DNA of 64,000 nt from Patescibacteria group bacterium (GCA_004322365.1 SCTS01000005.1:3697-67696); one strand, 5' to 3'. Positions 17,641 to 27,161 are shown, counted from the first letter of the stretch. Numbers and translations: made by a program. The notes: generated by a model from the sequence alone, not told the origin.

Positions 17641-18729
17641 TTAATCTTCATCTCGGGCAGGTGCGTCAATTATAGGCATGGCAATCCCTGGGGCATCACC
17701 AGTAATGCGCATCACATCCTTATCTATCTTCTTAAACTCCTTCCCTGAGTTATTGAAATGATTAACCACGGTACCAAGTGCATTTCCAAGTTTCGCATGA
17801 TACTCCTCAAAGGTTTTTAAGTGCTTACCAAGCTCCCCGACTCGCTGAACAATATCCTTTGCTTGCTCCTCTATTTGCATAGCACGGAGCCCCTGCAAAA
17901 CGGTCTGTAAGTACGCAAGAAATGAGGTTGGTGAGACGATGATTACCTTATACCTTCCTGCTGCACGCTGAATGAGGTTTTCTGTGTCCTCCGTTACGGC
18001 GCCAATTTTGTTGATGAGCAAATCGTAATAAATAGCTTCATGAGGAATAAACATGAACGCAAAATCCATGGTTCCTTCAGCGGGGCGAATGTATTTTGCC
18101 GTTTCTTGAATACGAAGCTTTAAGTCATTCACAAACAGTTTTTCCAATCGTAATTTCTCTGATGGGTCAGTAGCCTCCGTAAGACGATTATAGTTTTCAA
18201 GTGAGAATTTTGAATCAATTGGAATAACTTTGTCTTTCACAAACACCGCCGCATCCACTATCTCACCATTAGCAAAAGCATACTGCATTTGGTACTGCCC
18301 TGGTGGAAGAACATTTTTGAGCAATGTTTCCAAATAATACTCACCTAAAATTCCCCGTTGTTTTGGATTTTTAAGGATGTCCTGCAAGTTTTGAAGTTGA
18401 TCGGCAAACGAAACCACTTGCCTGTTAGTTTCATCGAGCTTCGTAAGACGCTCTGTAACATCGCGAATGATGCGATTGGCTTCAGTAGACTGAGCTTGGG
18501 TTGAGCGCATCAGATTCTCGGATGTCTTGTCGAGTCGCTCGTCCAGTGTTCGAGAAAGTTCGGCAATACGCTGATTTATCATAGTAACTCCCTCCCCTTG
18601 TCCGGTGTCCTTTTTTCTTGAAAGGGAAAACACTACCGCCCCAGCATTGAGAATCAAGAGTGCTACCACCAAAACAATAAGCAAAGTTTCCATCCCGTTG
18701 ATTATAACAGAGTGCCAATGTATGCTCAT
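17641..18729 (-). CDS. rmuC: DNA recombination protein RmuC
   Basis: N-terminal TM, coiled coil, K.RG.LGE, IDSKF, T.DFA.MFIP.E and SPT motifs. Confidence 0.93.
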   Translation of the reverse strand: MSIHWHSVIINGMETLLIVLVVALLILNAGAVVFSLSRKKDTGQGEGVTMINQRIAELSRTLDERLDKTSENLMRSTQAQSTEANRIIRDVTERLTKLDETNRQVVSFADQLQNLQDILKNPKQRGILGEYYLETLLKNVLPPGQYQMQYAFANGEIVDAAVFVKDKVIPIDSKFSLENYNRLTEATDPSEKLRLEKLFVNDLKLRIQETAKYIRPAEGTMDFAFMFIPHEAIYYDLLINKIGAVTEDTENLIQRAAGRYKVIIVSPTSFLAYLQTVLQGLRAMQIEEQAKDIVQRVGELGKHLKTFEEYHAKLGNALGTVVNHFNNSGKEFKKIDKDVMRITGDAPGIAMPIIDAPARDED

Positions 18730-18732
18730 TTC

Positions 18733-18909
18733 ATGAACGCTGAACGCCTCATCCCTGATACCCTTTGGGAGTCATTTGAAAAAGCATTGGCGTCATTACG
18801 ACAGGCTGAAAATGAAGGAGCCGTGGGAAGCCTAGACTATGTAAGCGAGTTAGATAGATTAAGCCGACTCGGAGATCTTGCAAAATTTTTCGAAATTGAT
18901 TTTAGATAA
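18733..18909 (+). CDS. Small hypothetical protein
   Basis: Helical ORF upstream of the YqeY gene. Confidence 0.35.
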   Translation: MNAERLIPDTLWESFEKALASLRQAENEGAVGSLDYVSELDRLSRLGDLAKFFEIDFR

Positions 18910-18936
18910 AGAGATATTCTGAGGTAAAATACACAC

Positions 18937-19389
18937 ATGCTACAAACACAAATTAAATCTGACATGGTGACCGCGATGAAGGCACGAGAAGCCCTTAAGG
19001 TTGAAGTGCTTCGCGGACTTATGTCTTCATGCACTAACGAGCTCGTCTCTTTGAAACGCCTCCCGACAGAAGAGCTTTCTGATCAAGAAGTGCTCACTGT
19101 TATTCGCCGAGAAGTAAAGAAGCGTAAAGATGCATATGAGCAATTCACTAAAGGCAATCGACCTGAGTTGGCACAAAAAGAAGAAGCTGAGCGTATCATG
19201 CTCGAGGCCTACCTACCGGCAATGATGAGCCAAGACGACATTCGAAAGATTGCAGAAGCTAAAAAAGCAGAGATGGGTGTCACGGACAAAAAAGAAGCGG
19301 GTAAATTTATGGGAGCTTTAATGAAAGACCTACAAGGCAAGGCTGACGGCACGGATGTGAAAGTCGTCATTGATTCACTGTTCAATTGA
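18937..19389 (+). CDS. GatB/YqeY domain protein
   Basis: AMKAR, E.KKR.D....F....R.EL and YLP motifs. Confidence 0.93.
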   Translation: MLQTQIKSDMVTAMKAREALKVEVLRGLMSSCTNELVSLKRLPTEELSDQEVLTVIRREVKKRKDAYEQFTKGNRPELAQKEEAERIMLEAYLPAMMSQDDIRKIAEAKKAEMGVTDKKEAGKFMGALMKDLQGKADGTDVKVVIDSLFN

Positions 19390-19402
19390 TCCGCTAAATT
19401 GT

Positions 19403-19615
19403 ATGTCACACGAAATTGGCGTACACAAAAAACATCGTATAACTTCAGCCGATAGATTTCGGGGACAAACTTTTCAAAGAGTTGCTTCGGGCACTAGAGA
19501 TATCATTACCGCAACCAAAAAATGGGCAGAGATTCAGCATGAAATGTTGTCACTCAAAGCTAAGAGAATTAAACACAGAAGAAACCGACGAAAAGACCCG
19601 GACATGTGGGCATAA
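19403..19615 (+). CDS. Small basic hypothetical protein
   Basis: ATG ORF after yqeY, ending just before a terminator. Confidence 0.45.
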   Translation: MSHEIGVHKKHRITSADRFRGQTFQRVASGTRDIITATKKWAEIQHEMLSLKAKRIKHRRNRRKDPDMWA

Positions 19616-19617
19616 TA

Positions 19618-19652
19618 TAATAATGAACGACCTACGAGGTCGTTCATTATTA
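19618..19652. terminator. Bidirectional terminator
   Basis: TAATAATGAACGACCT-ACG-AGGTCGTTCATTATTA. Confidence 0.75.
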
Positions 19653-19668
19653 TTTAAGAAGGGCTAAG

Positions 19669-20643
19669 TTAATTTTCCTTATGAGATGCGAGGTAGCATA
19701 CAAGCCCTGCACTTTCTTGATGCTCTGGTTTTTTTGGAAACAGAATAATTCCGTCTAATGGTGACTGCACAGGAATGCCCCCTTGATGCCCAATAATTTC
19801 ACCTTTTGCTATAGGGACAAATCCCTGATCCTTCCCTTCCGCAAATACAAATGGTCGGCTGGCGTCATACGGGATTGATGTCATCACTGTGTATTCAGAG
19901 CTCGGTGTTGGAAGTTCCGGCAACACGCCATCTACCATTCCTCGTTCAATGAGGATGGCACGAATGGCTTCAAATACAGGAACGACATTTCGCATATCGG
20001 TTGCCTGTCCTGATTCGTAGCAAATACCAACTTTCCCAAAATCATCTGCCACTTCATCAATAGAGCCACCTCCACTTGAAACTATTCTCTCAGGGTCAAG
20101 CACTACAGACTCCCGTGGAAGCCATTTGTAGACCGAACTATGCTCCTCGTCTCCTAGGGCGCACACGAACGCTGGCGACGGTCTATTGGTTGAATGGAGG
20201 TCAATAACGATGTCCGACGAACGGATAGCCTCGGTAATTTTTTGCGCACGACGACCTTCCCACCCTTTATCTTCCTTACCTGAGATAACTGATGGCAGAA
20301 AGATTCTGTTCAAATCAACTCCCCCTGAGGCTGTTCGTTGGTCAGCTTCTATAGCCCGCGTATTACCAAGGGTGAGCTGTACTTCTCCAGATTTGAGCAC
20401 CAATGCTCCAGTCCCCAAGCTTTCACGGAGAAGATCTGCAACAAGAACACCAAGAACTTCATTTCCGTGAGTACCGCCAATAATAAGAATAGAAGGTCCA
20501 GCTTTCTCACCAGAATATCTCAATGTTTTTTCACCAAAGGTACGGAGCGTTTCAAGAACACGCTCTCTGACTTCAGGCTCTCGAGTTTCTCCTGCAATAT
20601 TCATAGGTTTATTTTCGTGTCCATTTCTCATATGTTTTACCAT
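19669..20643 (-). CDS. Succinylglutamate desuccinylase/aspartoacylase family (M14) deacylase
   Basis: GGTHGNE, DLNR.F, IDLHS and ESG motifs. Confidence 0.9.
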   Translation of the reverse strand: MVKHMRNGHENKPMNIAGETREPEVRERVLETLRTFGEKTLRYSGEKAGPSILIIGGTHGNEVLGVLVADLLRESLGTGALVLKSGEVQLTLGNTRAIEADQRTASGGVDLNRIFLPSVISGKEDKGWEGRRAQKITEAIRSSDIVIDLHSTNRPSPAFVCALGDEEHSSVYKWLPRESVVLDPERIVSSGGGSIDEVADDFGKVGICYESGQATDMRNVVPVFEAIRAILIERGMVDGVLPELPTPSSEYTVMTSIPYDASRPFVFAEGKDQGFVPIAKGEIIGHQGGIPVQSPLDGIILFPKKPEHQESAGLVCYLASHKEN

Positions 20644-20674
20644 TTTTATGGTGTTATTTTTTGTGTAGATTTCA

Positions 20675-20805
20675 GTAAAAGAAAAACAGCCCCCTTCGAG
20701 GCTGTTTTGGAATCTTTATTTTTGAAATTTAAAAATCCGCGAACAGCCTCAAAGGAGGCTTCGCTTTGCTGAACTCAAAACTGTCATTGATGTATGCCCA
20801 TTCAT
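20675..20805 (-). promoter_or_regulatory. Putative leader-peptide transcription attenuator
   Basis: 18-aa uORF at 20749-20805 overlapping alternative 1:2, 2:3 and 3:4 stems; 3:4 is a terminator with a U tract. Confidence 0.55.
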
Positions 20806-20850
20806 GCCTTTATAGTATGTATCGTTTTAATAGATGTGTCAATAATACCG

Positions 20851-21381
20851 TTAGAATAACTGAACAAGCAGCGGGAGAACATACAAAAAGCTGAGATACG
20901 CGCTCACAATGCCAATAAGGCATCCTGCAAGCATGTCCGATGGATAGTGCACACCTGCCATAACTCGCGCAGTGGCAATACTTAGAGTGATGAGAAGAAA
21001 TATAACTCCAAGCAAGGGATAAAAGAAAAAAACAAAGGTTGAAAGTGCGAAGAAAAAGAGCGCATGCCCAGAAGGAAACGAGGGTGACTTCAGATTAATG
21101 AGCGGTTTCAATGCATGTGTTACCGGTGGTCGAGGTACAGGGTGGAAAAATCTGATTGAACTTCCAAATACAAGTCGCGCAATAAGCCCTGCCATGAGAG
21201 CTGAGGCAGAGATAATAATCCCCTCTCTCATCGGAGTTTGTACAAGGAAGAGATACAAAGGAAATGCTACAGCAAGTGGGTATGCGATGTAGGAACCAAA
21301 AAACATAATCAAAAAATCATCGCGTTTGCTCTTATGGGCAAAGTTGTTCAATTTAAAAAATAGTTTTGTATCAAGGTTCAT
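20851..21381 (-). CDS. PAP2 family phosphatase (undecaprenyl-PP phosphatase-like)
   Basis: RP, PSFPSGH and AR...GVHYPSD motifs. Confidence 0.92.
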   Translation of the reverse strand: MNLDTKLFFKLNNFAHKSKRDDFLIMFFGSYIAYPLAVAFPLYLFLVQTPMREGIIISASALMAGLIARLVFGSSIRFFHPVPRPPVTHALKPLINLKSPSFPSGHALFFFALSTFVFFFYPLLGVIFLLITLSIATARVMAGVHYPSDMLAGCLIGIVSAYLSFLYVLPLLVQLF

Positions 21382-21593
21382 ACCTTAATTACTTTTTTAG
21401 GTTTCTTTCTGAAGATGTTCTGAAATACTCTCTTTAATGTTGGAAGATTATCTAGTACTTCAACTACTGAAGAGAATATCGGTGGGCCTTCACTCATAGA
21501 ATCAGTATAGCCGAAATGTAACCTCACCACACATTCAAATTAATCAGATACCTTGTAAAGACTTACCTTTCATTTTAAAGTGGTCTATAGAAT

Positions 21594-21935
21594 ATGGGGC
21601 GTAAAGAATATACATCCTCTTTGCGGAACAGTCTTGAAAGACTGCCTCCAAACGAACAATCTACTTATGAGTCAGTGCGTAGTATTGCTAACAGCGCAAT
21701 GCATGAATACGAAACTGGAAACGAAGAACCTTATAATCAGTTGATGGATTTTGCATCGCATCTCAAACAAAAGTATCAAGAGAATGATGCGTATGCTCTC
21801 TACACGCTTTATCATGCACTTTCAAACAGCACACCGCCTTCAAACTGTACTCGATTTGATTTTCCTCAACCTGACTCCATCACCGTGTTCGCAAGTAAAC
21901 TTTTCCCTAAACCAGAGAGTAAAAAAGTAGCTTAG
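21594..21935 (+). CDS. Hypothetical protein
   Basis: 113-aa ORF, first of three tightly spaced plus-strand orphans. Confidence 0.6.
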   Translation: MGRKEYTSSLRNSLERLPPNEQSTYESVRSIANSAMHEYETGNEEPYNQLMDFASHLKQKYQENDAYALYTLYHALSNSTPPSNCTRFDFPQPDSITVFASKLFPKPESKKVA

Positions 21936-21942
21936 GACAACA

Positions 21943-22176
21943 ATGGAAAAACTACCAAATCCTCATGAGTTTCGAAAAGAATTTGGTAGTGGTTACTCAG
22001 CAACTTTTGTAGAAACAGACCATGGGGTTGATTGGTCACATATAGATTCACCGCAATGGTCTCGTGGAGACGAACCTCCAGAACAAGTAATTGGCAAACG
22101 ACGACTGGCTCAAGGACTACGAGAAGCAAAAGCCTACTTTCATACTAAAAGACCACGAGTGTCTGTAAAAGAATGA
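21943..22176 (+). CDS. Hypothetical protein
   Basis: 77-aa ORF with operon-like spacing. Confidence 0.5.
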   Translation: MEKLPNPHEFRKEFGSGYSATFVETDHGVDWSHIDSPQWSRGDEPPEQVIGKRRLAQGLREAKAYFHTKRPRVSVKE

Positions 22177-22177
22177 T

Positions 22178-22492
22178 ATGACTAATGAAAATCCAACATA
22201 CCCTCACGCTGCACGCTTTAATAGGTGGCTCGGACAAAAAAGAGTCTTGCGAGAAGGGTCTGGTTTTTCAAATAAAGTTTTGGAAGGTTGGGCGGATGAT
22301 TTTTTGAACTTAACGAATCTGAATATGTCTCCCGGCGAGCTCGTAACCGAACTACGTTCTATCTGGGGAAAGAAAGGTGCAGAAACAAAAAAGAGAAGAA
22401 AAACAATCGCGCAAACTCCTCGAATGATAGGACGCAATAAAGAAGCGAGGGCTAGGACTGATTTGGCTGAGAGACAAATGGATCTGTTTTAA
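22178..22492 (+). CDS. Hypothetical protein with C-terminal QMDLF (sliding-clamp-binding-like) motif
   Basis: 104-aa ORF ending in QMDLF. Confidence 0.5.
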   Translation: MTNENPTYPHAARFNRWLGQKRVLREGSGFSNKVLEGWADDFLNLTNLNMSPGELVTELRSIWGKKGAETKKRRKTIAQTPRMIGRNKEARARTDLAERQMDLF

Positions 22493-22521
22493 TTCCTCTC
22501 TCGCACATTAAGGTAGAACTG

Positions 22522-22836
22522 CTAGAAGTATCTGGATAGAAACAGACAGGCAAAGAGAATTGCCGTAATAACTGCAAATGCTCCTACTGTTTGTAGGGCG
22601 AGGTTTACTCCTCTGGCTTTCTCACCTTCCATATACATAAGTACTGGTTGATAGAAAAATACAAATGCCATCACAGCTACCGAGAGCGAGAACAGACACA
22701 ACATTGCAATAGGTACTAACACTGTTTCTTCTATTGGAACTGCTAATGAGGAGCCAAAAAACATAATAGATGCAACGGTGCATATATAGAGGACTGCCGA
22801 GAGAGCATTGAGAATTGGGTTTTTAGTCATGTTCAT
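22522..22836 (-). CDS. Small 3-TM membrane protein
   Basis: Three hydrophobic helices. Confidence 0.75.
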   Translation of the reverse strand: MNMTKNPILNALSAVLYICTVASIMFFGSSLAVPIEETVLVPIAMLCLFSLSVAVMAFVFFYQPVLMYMEGEKARGVNLALQTVGAFAVITAILFACLFLSRYF

Positions 22837-22919
22837 CTAACCTAGGTTGCTTGAGTAAAGTTACCTCGAGCCATTACTTGCTCTCTTGAGCGTGAAGCGC
22901 GAATGTGTATACTGCCCGC

Positions 22920-23099
22920 ATGCCTCACGAATCAGACAAAGTTATTCTTGAAAGACTTCAGCGAGAACCTCAAGGAGGAAGACCTTTTGGAGGGATGACT
23001 GATGCGGAGCGCGCTCTGCGCAATCAACAAAGACTGAAAGAGGCGCTCGCTGACGATGGTGATCTTGATGGCGATAGTGATGCTGAGCTGGATTGGTAA
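22920..23099 (+). CDS. Small acidic hypothetical protein
   Basis: ATG preceded by TATACT; acidic tail. Confidence 0.4.
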   Translation: MPHESDKVILERLQREPQGGRPFGGMTDAERALRNQQRLKEALADDGDLDGDSDAELDW

Positions 23100-23303
23100 G
23101 GCTCTTATTTTAGATTAACTCCCATATACTATCTGCATGTCTAATGAATCATTTGAAGATGCTCTTGAAAGATTTTTGGCGGAGGAGGAGAAAAACCCAC
23201 CCGGAATACGAAGTGCGGAGAAAGTTAATGAACGGAACAGAGAGATATTCAGACGAGCCATGGAAGAAGATGATTAGGATTGATAGGAAGTCTGGCGCCA
23301 ATT

Positions 23304-23335
23304 TAAAAACACACCTCTAGAGGTGTGTTTTTTAA
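23304..23335. terminator. Palindromic bidirectional terminator
   Basis: TAAAAACACACCTCT|AGAGGTGTGTTTTT. Confidence 0.75.
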
Positions 23336-23358
23336 TTTATAAGTAATAAATGCTGAAG

Positions 23359-24258
23359 TTACCGTACCTTTGTCCAAGCATCTCCACCATTGATGCTCTT
23401 ATACAAGCTGTTCCCGCTCGTCAAAGCGTACACAGTGCCTTGCTGTGATTTGCTGAACGCAAGATATAGCACTGCTTCAGTCCCAAATGATTCTTGTACC
23501 TTTTGCCATGTAGCACCTCCATCAGTGCTTTTACCCATTCCACCAAGCGTTTGGGAGAATGCGAGCGCATAACTAGACTGGGGGTCTAGGGCAAATACGC
23601 TTACGGCACCTCCTTCAAGCTCTTTAGAGACACTCTGCCATGTATCACCCCCATCCCTACTTACCTGTACTCCATTTTGCGTTGAAGCGTAGAGAACATT
23701 TTCATTCTTCGGATCAGAAGAAAACGAGATAGCTTGAACAGAACCTTCTGTAAACTTCCACGAAAGCCCACCATCGGTAGTTCTTTGGATTTTCCCTCCA
23801 AACGAACCGTAGGCAATGTTTGGATTTACTTGGCTCACCGTCATTGCGTGGAAATCAACGGGACCACCAAGTCCATCAGAAAGTCTTGTCCAAGTCACTC
23901 CCCCATCGGTTGTTTTTTGGAAGCCTATGTTGCCTCCGCGAGCCGGGTGTCCACTACTAAAGAAAGTTTTTGCTTCCGTAGGATCCGCACTGAAGCCCAT
24001 GAGATCATCGTGTGTTTTACCGATTTGGAACAGGTCTTTATCGCTCTGAAGTAGATACAATCCTTCGTGCGTGGCGATGTAGACCTTCGTTGCGTCAATC
24101 GTATCTACAGCAATACCGTGCGAATGACTGAATGAAGATACGGGTGTCAATGCGCCTTCAGAATCACTTCCTTCCGAAGCACTACGAGAATTGAATAAGA
24201 ACAGACCAAGAAGGAGAAGTGCTATCACCCCTCCGCCTATAAGGTATTTTTTCTCCAT
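23359..24258 (-). CDS. Membrane-anchored BNR/Asp-box beta-propeller (F510_1955-like)
   Basis: HSHG, IATHEGL, DLMGF, SGHP and DFH motifs; repeated S/TxDGGxTW. Confidence 0.85.
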   Translation of the reverse strand: MEKKYLIGGGVIALLLLGLFLFNSRSASEGSDSEGALTPVSSFSHSHGIAVDTIDATKVYIATHEGLYLLQSDKDLFQIGKTHDDLMGFSADPTEAKTFFSSGHPARGGNIGFQKTTDGGVTWTRLSDGLGGPVDFHAMTVSQVNPNIAYGSFGGKIQRTTDGGLSWKFTEGSVQAISFSSDPKNENVLYASTQNGVQVSRDGGDTWQSVSKELEGGAVSVFALDPQSSYALAFSQTLGGMGKSTDGGATWQKVQESFGTEAVLYLAFSKSQQGTVYALTSGNSLYKSINGGDAWTKVR

Positions 24259-24263
24259 AGGAA

Positions 24264-24656
24264 TTACTGAGCGAACCAATTGCTTCGCCAGTCTTTCATC
24301 ATCTGTATCTCCCCAGTTTGAGCTGTGATGATGTCATTGCCGAGCTTTATGAGCTCTGGTCGCTTTGTACCCTTAAGAAGTGTTTGCGCCATCTCTACCG
24401 CACCTTCGTGGTGAATAATCATGCCGTCCAAAAATGCCTTATCAAGAGCATCTCCTGTTTTTCCCTCAAGGCCCATAGTCATGCCGTTCATAGCACCGTG
24501 CATACCACTGTAACCATCCATATCTCTCGTTTGAGTGTAGCTACCTCCCATCATTCCAAAAGGGCAATACGAGCTCGTGCCAGCAAAGTAGCCAATCACA
24601 AGACCAAGAATGAGAGTAAGAAGTCCGATAATGAGTGTGTTGTTTTTTGTTTCCAT
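24264..24656 (-). CDS. DUF305 (CopM-like) Met/His-rich protein
   Basis: D.AFL..MI.HH.GAV.MA and II.AQ..EI..M..W motifs. Confidence 0.9.
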   Translation of the reverse strand: METKNNTLIIGLLTLILGLVIGYFAGTSSYCPFGMMGGSYTQTRDMDGYSGMHGAMNGMTMGLEGKTGDALDKAFLDGMIIHHEGAVEMAQTLLKGTKRPELIKLGNDIITAQTGEIQMMKDWRSNWFAQ

Positions 24657-24697
24657 AGTTTTTTATGAGTGTAAATAATGCAAAAACAAAAAACTAC

Positions 24698-25093
24698 CTA
24701 CGGTGCACGCGGACTTATACTACTGCCAAGAAAAAACGAGACCAGAAAATATGCGTATGAATCCCTTGAGTACAGAGAAGTAGAATGTTGTTTTGAGGTG
24801 TCTGGTGGGTCAAAAAGATTCCGAAACAATGCGAATGTAAGAAGAATCGCAAAAAGGAGTGCCCCGAAGGTGACAAGTTCAGGAGCGACTGTTGCAAACA
24901 GTGTCTGCCACGAATTAAGGTGAGCGAAAATATTCATTTCGCACAAAACCGCCTCGCCCGGCATAAACGGACAATCCCCCATACTACCCATGCCGTGATG
25001 ACTCATTCCCACCATGGCAAGTGGAGCAAAAATTGCTACCAAAACAAAAGCTAGGATGAGCAGCGCGGGGAGGAGTTGGTTTCTTGAGGACAT
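24698..25093 (-). CDS. Met/His/Cys-rich membrane protein (DUF2946-like)
   Basis: MSHHGMGSMGDCPFM..C, a second TM and a terminal RAP. Confidence 0.6.
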   Translation of the reverse strand: MSSRNQLLPALLILAFVLVAIFAPLAMVGMSHHGMGSMGDCPFMPGEAVLCEMNIFAHLNSWQTLFATVAPELVTFGALLFAILLTFALFRNLFDPPDTSKQHSTSLYSRDSYAYFLVSFFLGSSISPRAP

Positions 25094-25144
25094 GGGTCTA
25101 TTTTAGCATTTAGGAAAGGGGTGGCATATTATTGTATTAGGATC

Positions 25145-25375
25145 CTAGAGATTTCTTATCTTCTCTATAAAATGCTCTTTTGAAATACTTAGGGTTCTTA
25201 GGTTATTCAATATTATGAAATCAGGGAGAGATTTATAACGAGGAACGATTATTGGTCTAGCCAGACCAATTTTCTTGTATTTATTATGACTACCTACCTT
25301 ACCTTTGAATACACAGCCCTCAACAATGAGAAACCTTTCGAACCTCCTCCAATCTATGTTTCCAACCTCCTTCAT
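25145..25375 (-). CDS. hicA: HicA family toxin
   Basis: L...G..F....GSH..Y.......I.VP pattern; basic. Confidence 0.85.
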   Translation of the reverse strand: MKEVGNIDWRRFERFLIVEGCVFKGKVGSHNKYKKIGLARPIIVPRYKSLPDFIILNNLRTLSISKEHFIEKIRNL

Positions 25376-25383
25376 GGAGGATT

Positions 25384-25704
25384 TCAAGCTAACGCAGGAA
25401 CTTTAACTCCGATTGATTCTTGGGAAACTACAGGCGGTACCCACGAAGCTTGCTTAAGGTCTTTTTTCCAACCCAACCCACTCAACACTTCGTCAACCGT
25501 ATTACTCTCTACTAAGTCATCAAAAAATATTTGAACTGCCTCTTCAAACATTTTCTTAGCTTCTGTTTTATTTTGACCACACGTTGAAAGATCTAAAGAG
25601 GGCGTATAGGCAATTACCGTAGTACCTTCTTCAATAAAAGCCACTGGCAGACTTACTGCCAACTCAGTAACACGGATTCTAGGCTGTGAATTCAACCAAT
25701 TCAT
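25384..25704 (-). CDS. hicB: HicB-like antitoxin (no DNA-binding domain)
   Basis: AY.P.LDL.T.G....EA...F.EAV..F pattern. Confidence 0.8.
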   Translation of the reverse strand: MNWLNSQPRIRVTELAVSLPVAFIEEGTTVIAYTPSLDLSTCGQNKTEAKKMFEEAVQIFFDDLVESNTVDEVLSGLGWKKDLKQASWVPPVVSQESIGVKVPALA

Positions 25705-25776
25705 GAAAGATTATTGTAACATATAGCCCAATTCTCTACTCTCGTCCAACAAGTCAGGTCGGCTCTAACGGCTAAC

Positions 25777-25938
25777 CTACGAAGTGATAGCTAGTGCAAC
25801 ACCAAGGTAGTACGGCCAGATGATGAGAGCTAACACTCCTTTCCAAAAACTAAGTTGCAAGTAGCCGATGGTGAAGAGCCATGCTGCAATCCAAAATCCT
25901 CCTGACAGTGTGTGGTGTTCTATTTTTATTTTTTCCAT
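25777..25938 (-). CDS. Small membrane protein (53 aa)
   Basis: Manual ORF MEKIKIEHHTLSGGFWIAAWLFTIGYLQLSFWKGVLALIIWPYYLG... Confidence 0.7.
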   Translation of the reverse strand: MEKIKIEHHTLSGGFWIAAWLFTIGYLQLSFWKGVLALIIWPYYLGVALAITS

Positions 25939-25939
25939 A

Positions 25940-25989
25940 TTTTTAAATAATTATTAATGATGTGCGTGTTCAGGGACAATGAATGTTGC
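25940..25989. repeat. 50-bp direct repeat (copy of pspC 3' end), left
   Basis: 48/50 identical to 28638-28687. Confidence 0.9.
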
Positions 25990-26003
25990 CTACTTACGCT
26001 TAT

Positions 26004-27161
26004 CTATAAACCACACGTAGCTTCACTAGATTCTTGCATCATTTTAATCTCTTTCATTCGAACATCTGCTATTTTCGTTCCGTAGGTTGCATCAGCCATA
26101 CTTAACAATTCCTGCTTGCGTGACTCTAAGTCCACTATATCTGCATTCGCATAGTCTTGTATTTGCTTGAGTAAAGCACTATTTGTAGCATACCCTCGTT
26201 GAGCTTCTTGTGCTGAAGCAAGATCGTTTTGGAGTTTTATTTTAATTTGGGCTATTTGCGAATCATATTGGTTTACGACAGAAGACTTGGATGTCGCCAT
26301 TGAAGAGTTAAGGGTCGCAATCGCTGCATCAACTGCCTGCTGAATCTGTGCTTGAGTTGGATGAGTATTGAGACATGTCTGTCTTTTAGCCAAAGCATCT
26401 TCCTTTTGTTGCATCTGTAATTTTTGAACTTGAGAGTCTCTTTGTAACTGCTCAGCTTTTAATTCTTGGCGTTGTAGTTCAAGCTCTGACAAGGAAATAG
26501 CAGGAGGCAGTTGTTTTGGTGCAGGCTCGGCTACGCTTTTTTGTTTAAGTACCTCAACTTCATTCTTCAATTTCTCGACTTCATTCGCCCGTGTATCAGT
26601 TTCGCTTCCTTTGTATCCTTTTTTCAATTTCTCCACCTCATTCTTCAATTTCTCAATTTCACTTTTGAGTTCAACAATTTGTTTCATGGCTTCCTCTTGA
26701 CCTTTCTTACTTACTTCAATTGCTTTTGTGATTGCTTCTCGCGCTTCTTCGGGGACTTTAAGTAAGACGGCGGATAACACCTCTTGATTTCTTGAGGCAC
26801 TGTCCGCGATTGAAGTGAGCAGAATTTCCGCTTGTCCTTTGTCTTTGACCTCTTTTGATTTCTCCGTCGCGAGCGCGACATTGCTTTCATAGTTGGCGAG
26901 GGCCGTCTTGACCCCATCCGGATTTTTTTCTTCCGCAACAGCTTCCATTTCAGCCAAACGTTCGTCTGCATATTCCAGCGCTTTTTGGGCTTTCTGTTCA
27001 GGATTAAAAGTGAAGAAAAGACCTATATTTTCAAAAGTGGTATCAAAAAAGTAGAGAAAGTTTCCCGGCTTGATGCCTGCATTCATCCCTGCAGACGCTT
27101 GTACTGGAGCGACAAAGGCGAAAGCAATGAATAGGACTAATAGTAGGGTTAAATTTTTCAT
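26004..27161 (-). CDS. Secreted DUF5667 domain plus coiled-coil protein
   Basis: Signal peptide, AGI.PG.F.YF....E...L.FTF....KA...L.YA.ERL.E, then a long coiled coil. Confidence 0.85.
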   Translation of the reverse strand: MKNLTLLLVLFIAFAFVAPVQASAGMNAGIKPGNFLYFFDTTFENIGLFFTFNPEQKAQKALEYADERLAEMEAVAEEKNPDGVKTALANYESNVALATEKSKEVKDKGQAEILLTSIADSASRNQEVLSAVLLKVPEEAREAITKAIEVSKKGQEEAMKQIVELKSEIEKLKNEVEKLKKGYKGSETDTRANEVEKLKNEVEVLKQKSVAEPAPKQLPPAISLSELELQRQELKAEQLQRDSQVQKLQMQQKEDALAKRQTCLNTHPTQAQIQQAVDAAIATLNSSMATSKSSVVNQYDSQIAQIKIKLQNDLASAQEAQRGYATNSALLKQIQDYANADIVDLESRKQELLSMADATYGTKIADVRMKEIKMMQESSEATCGL

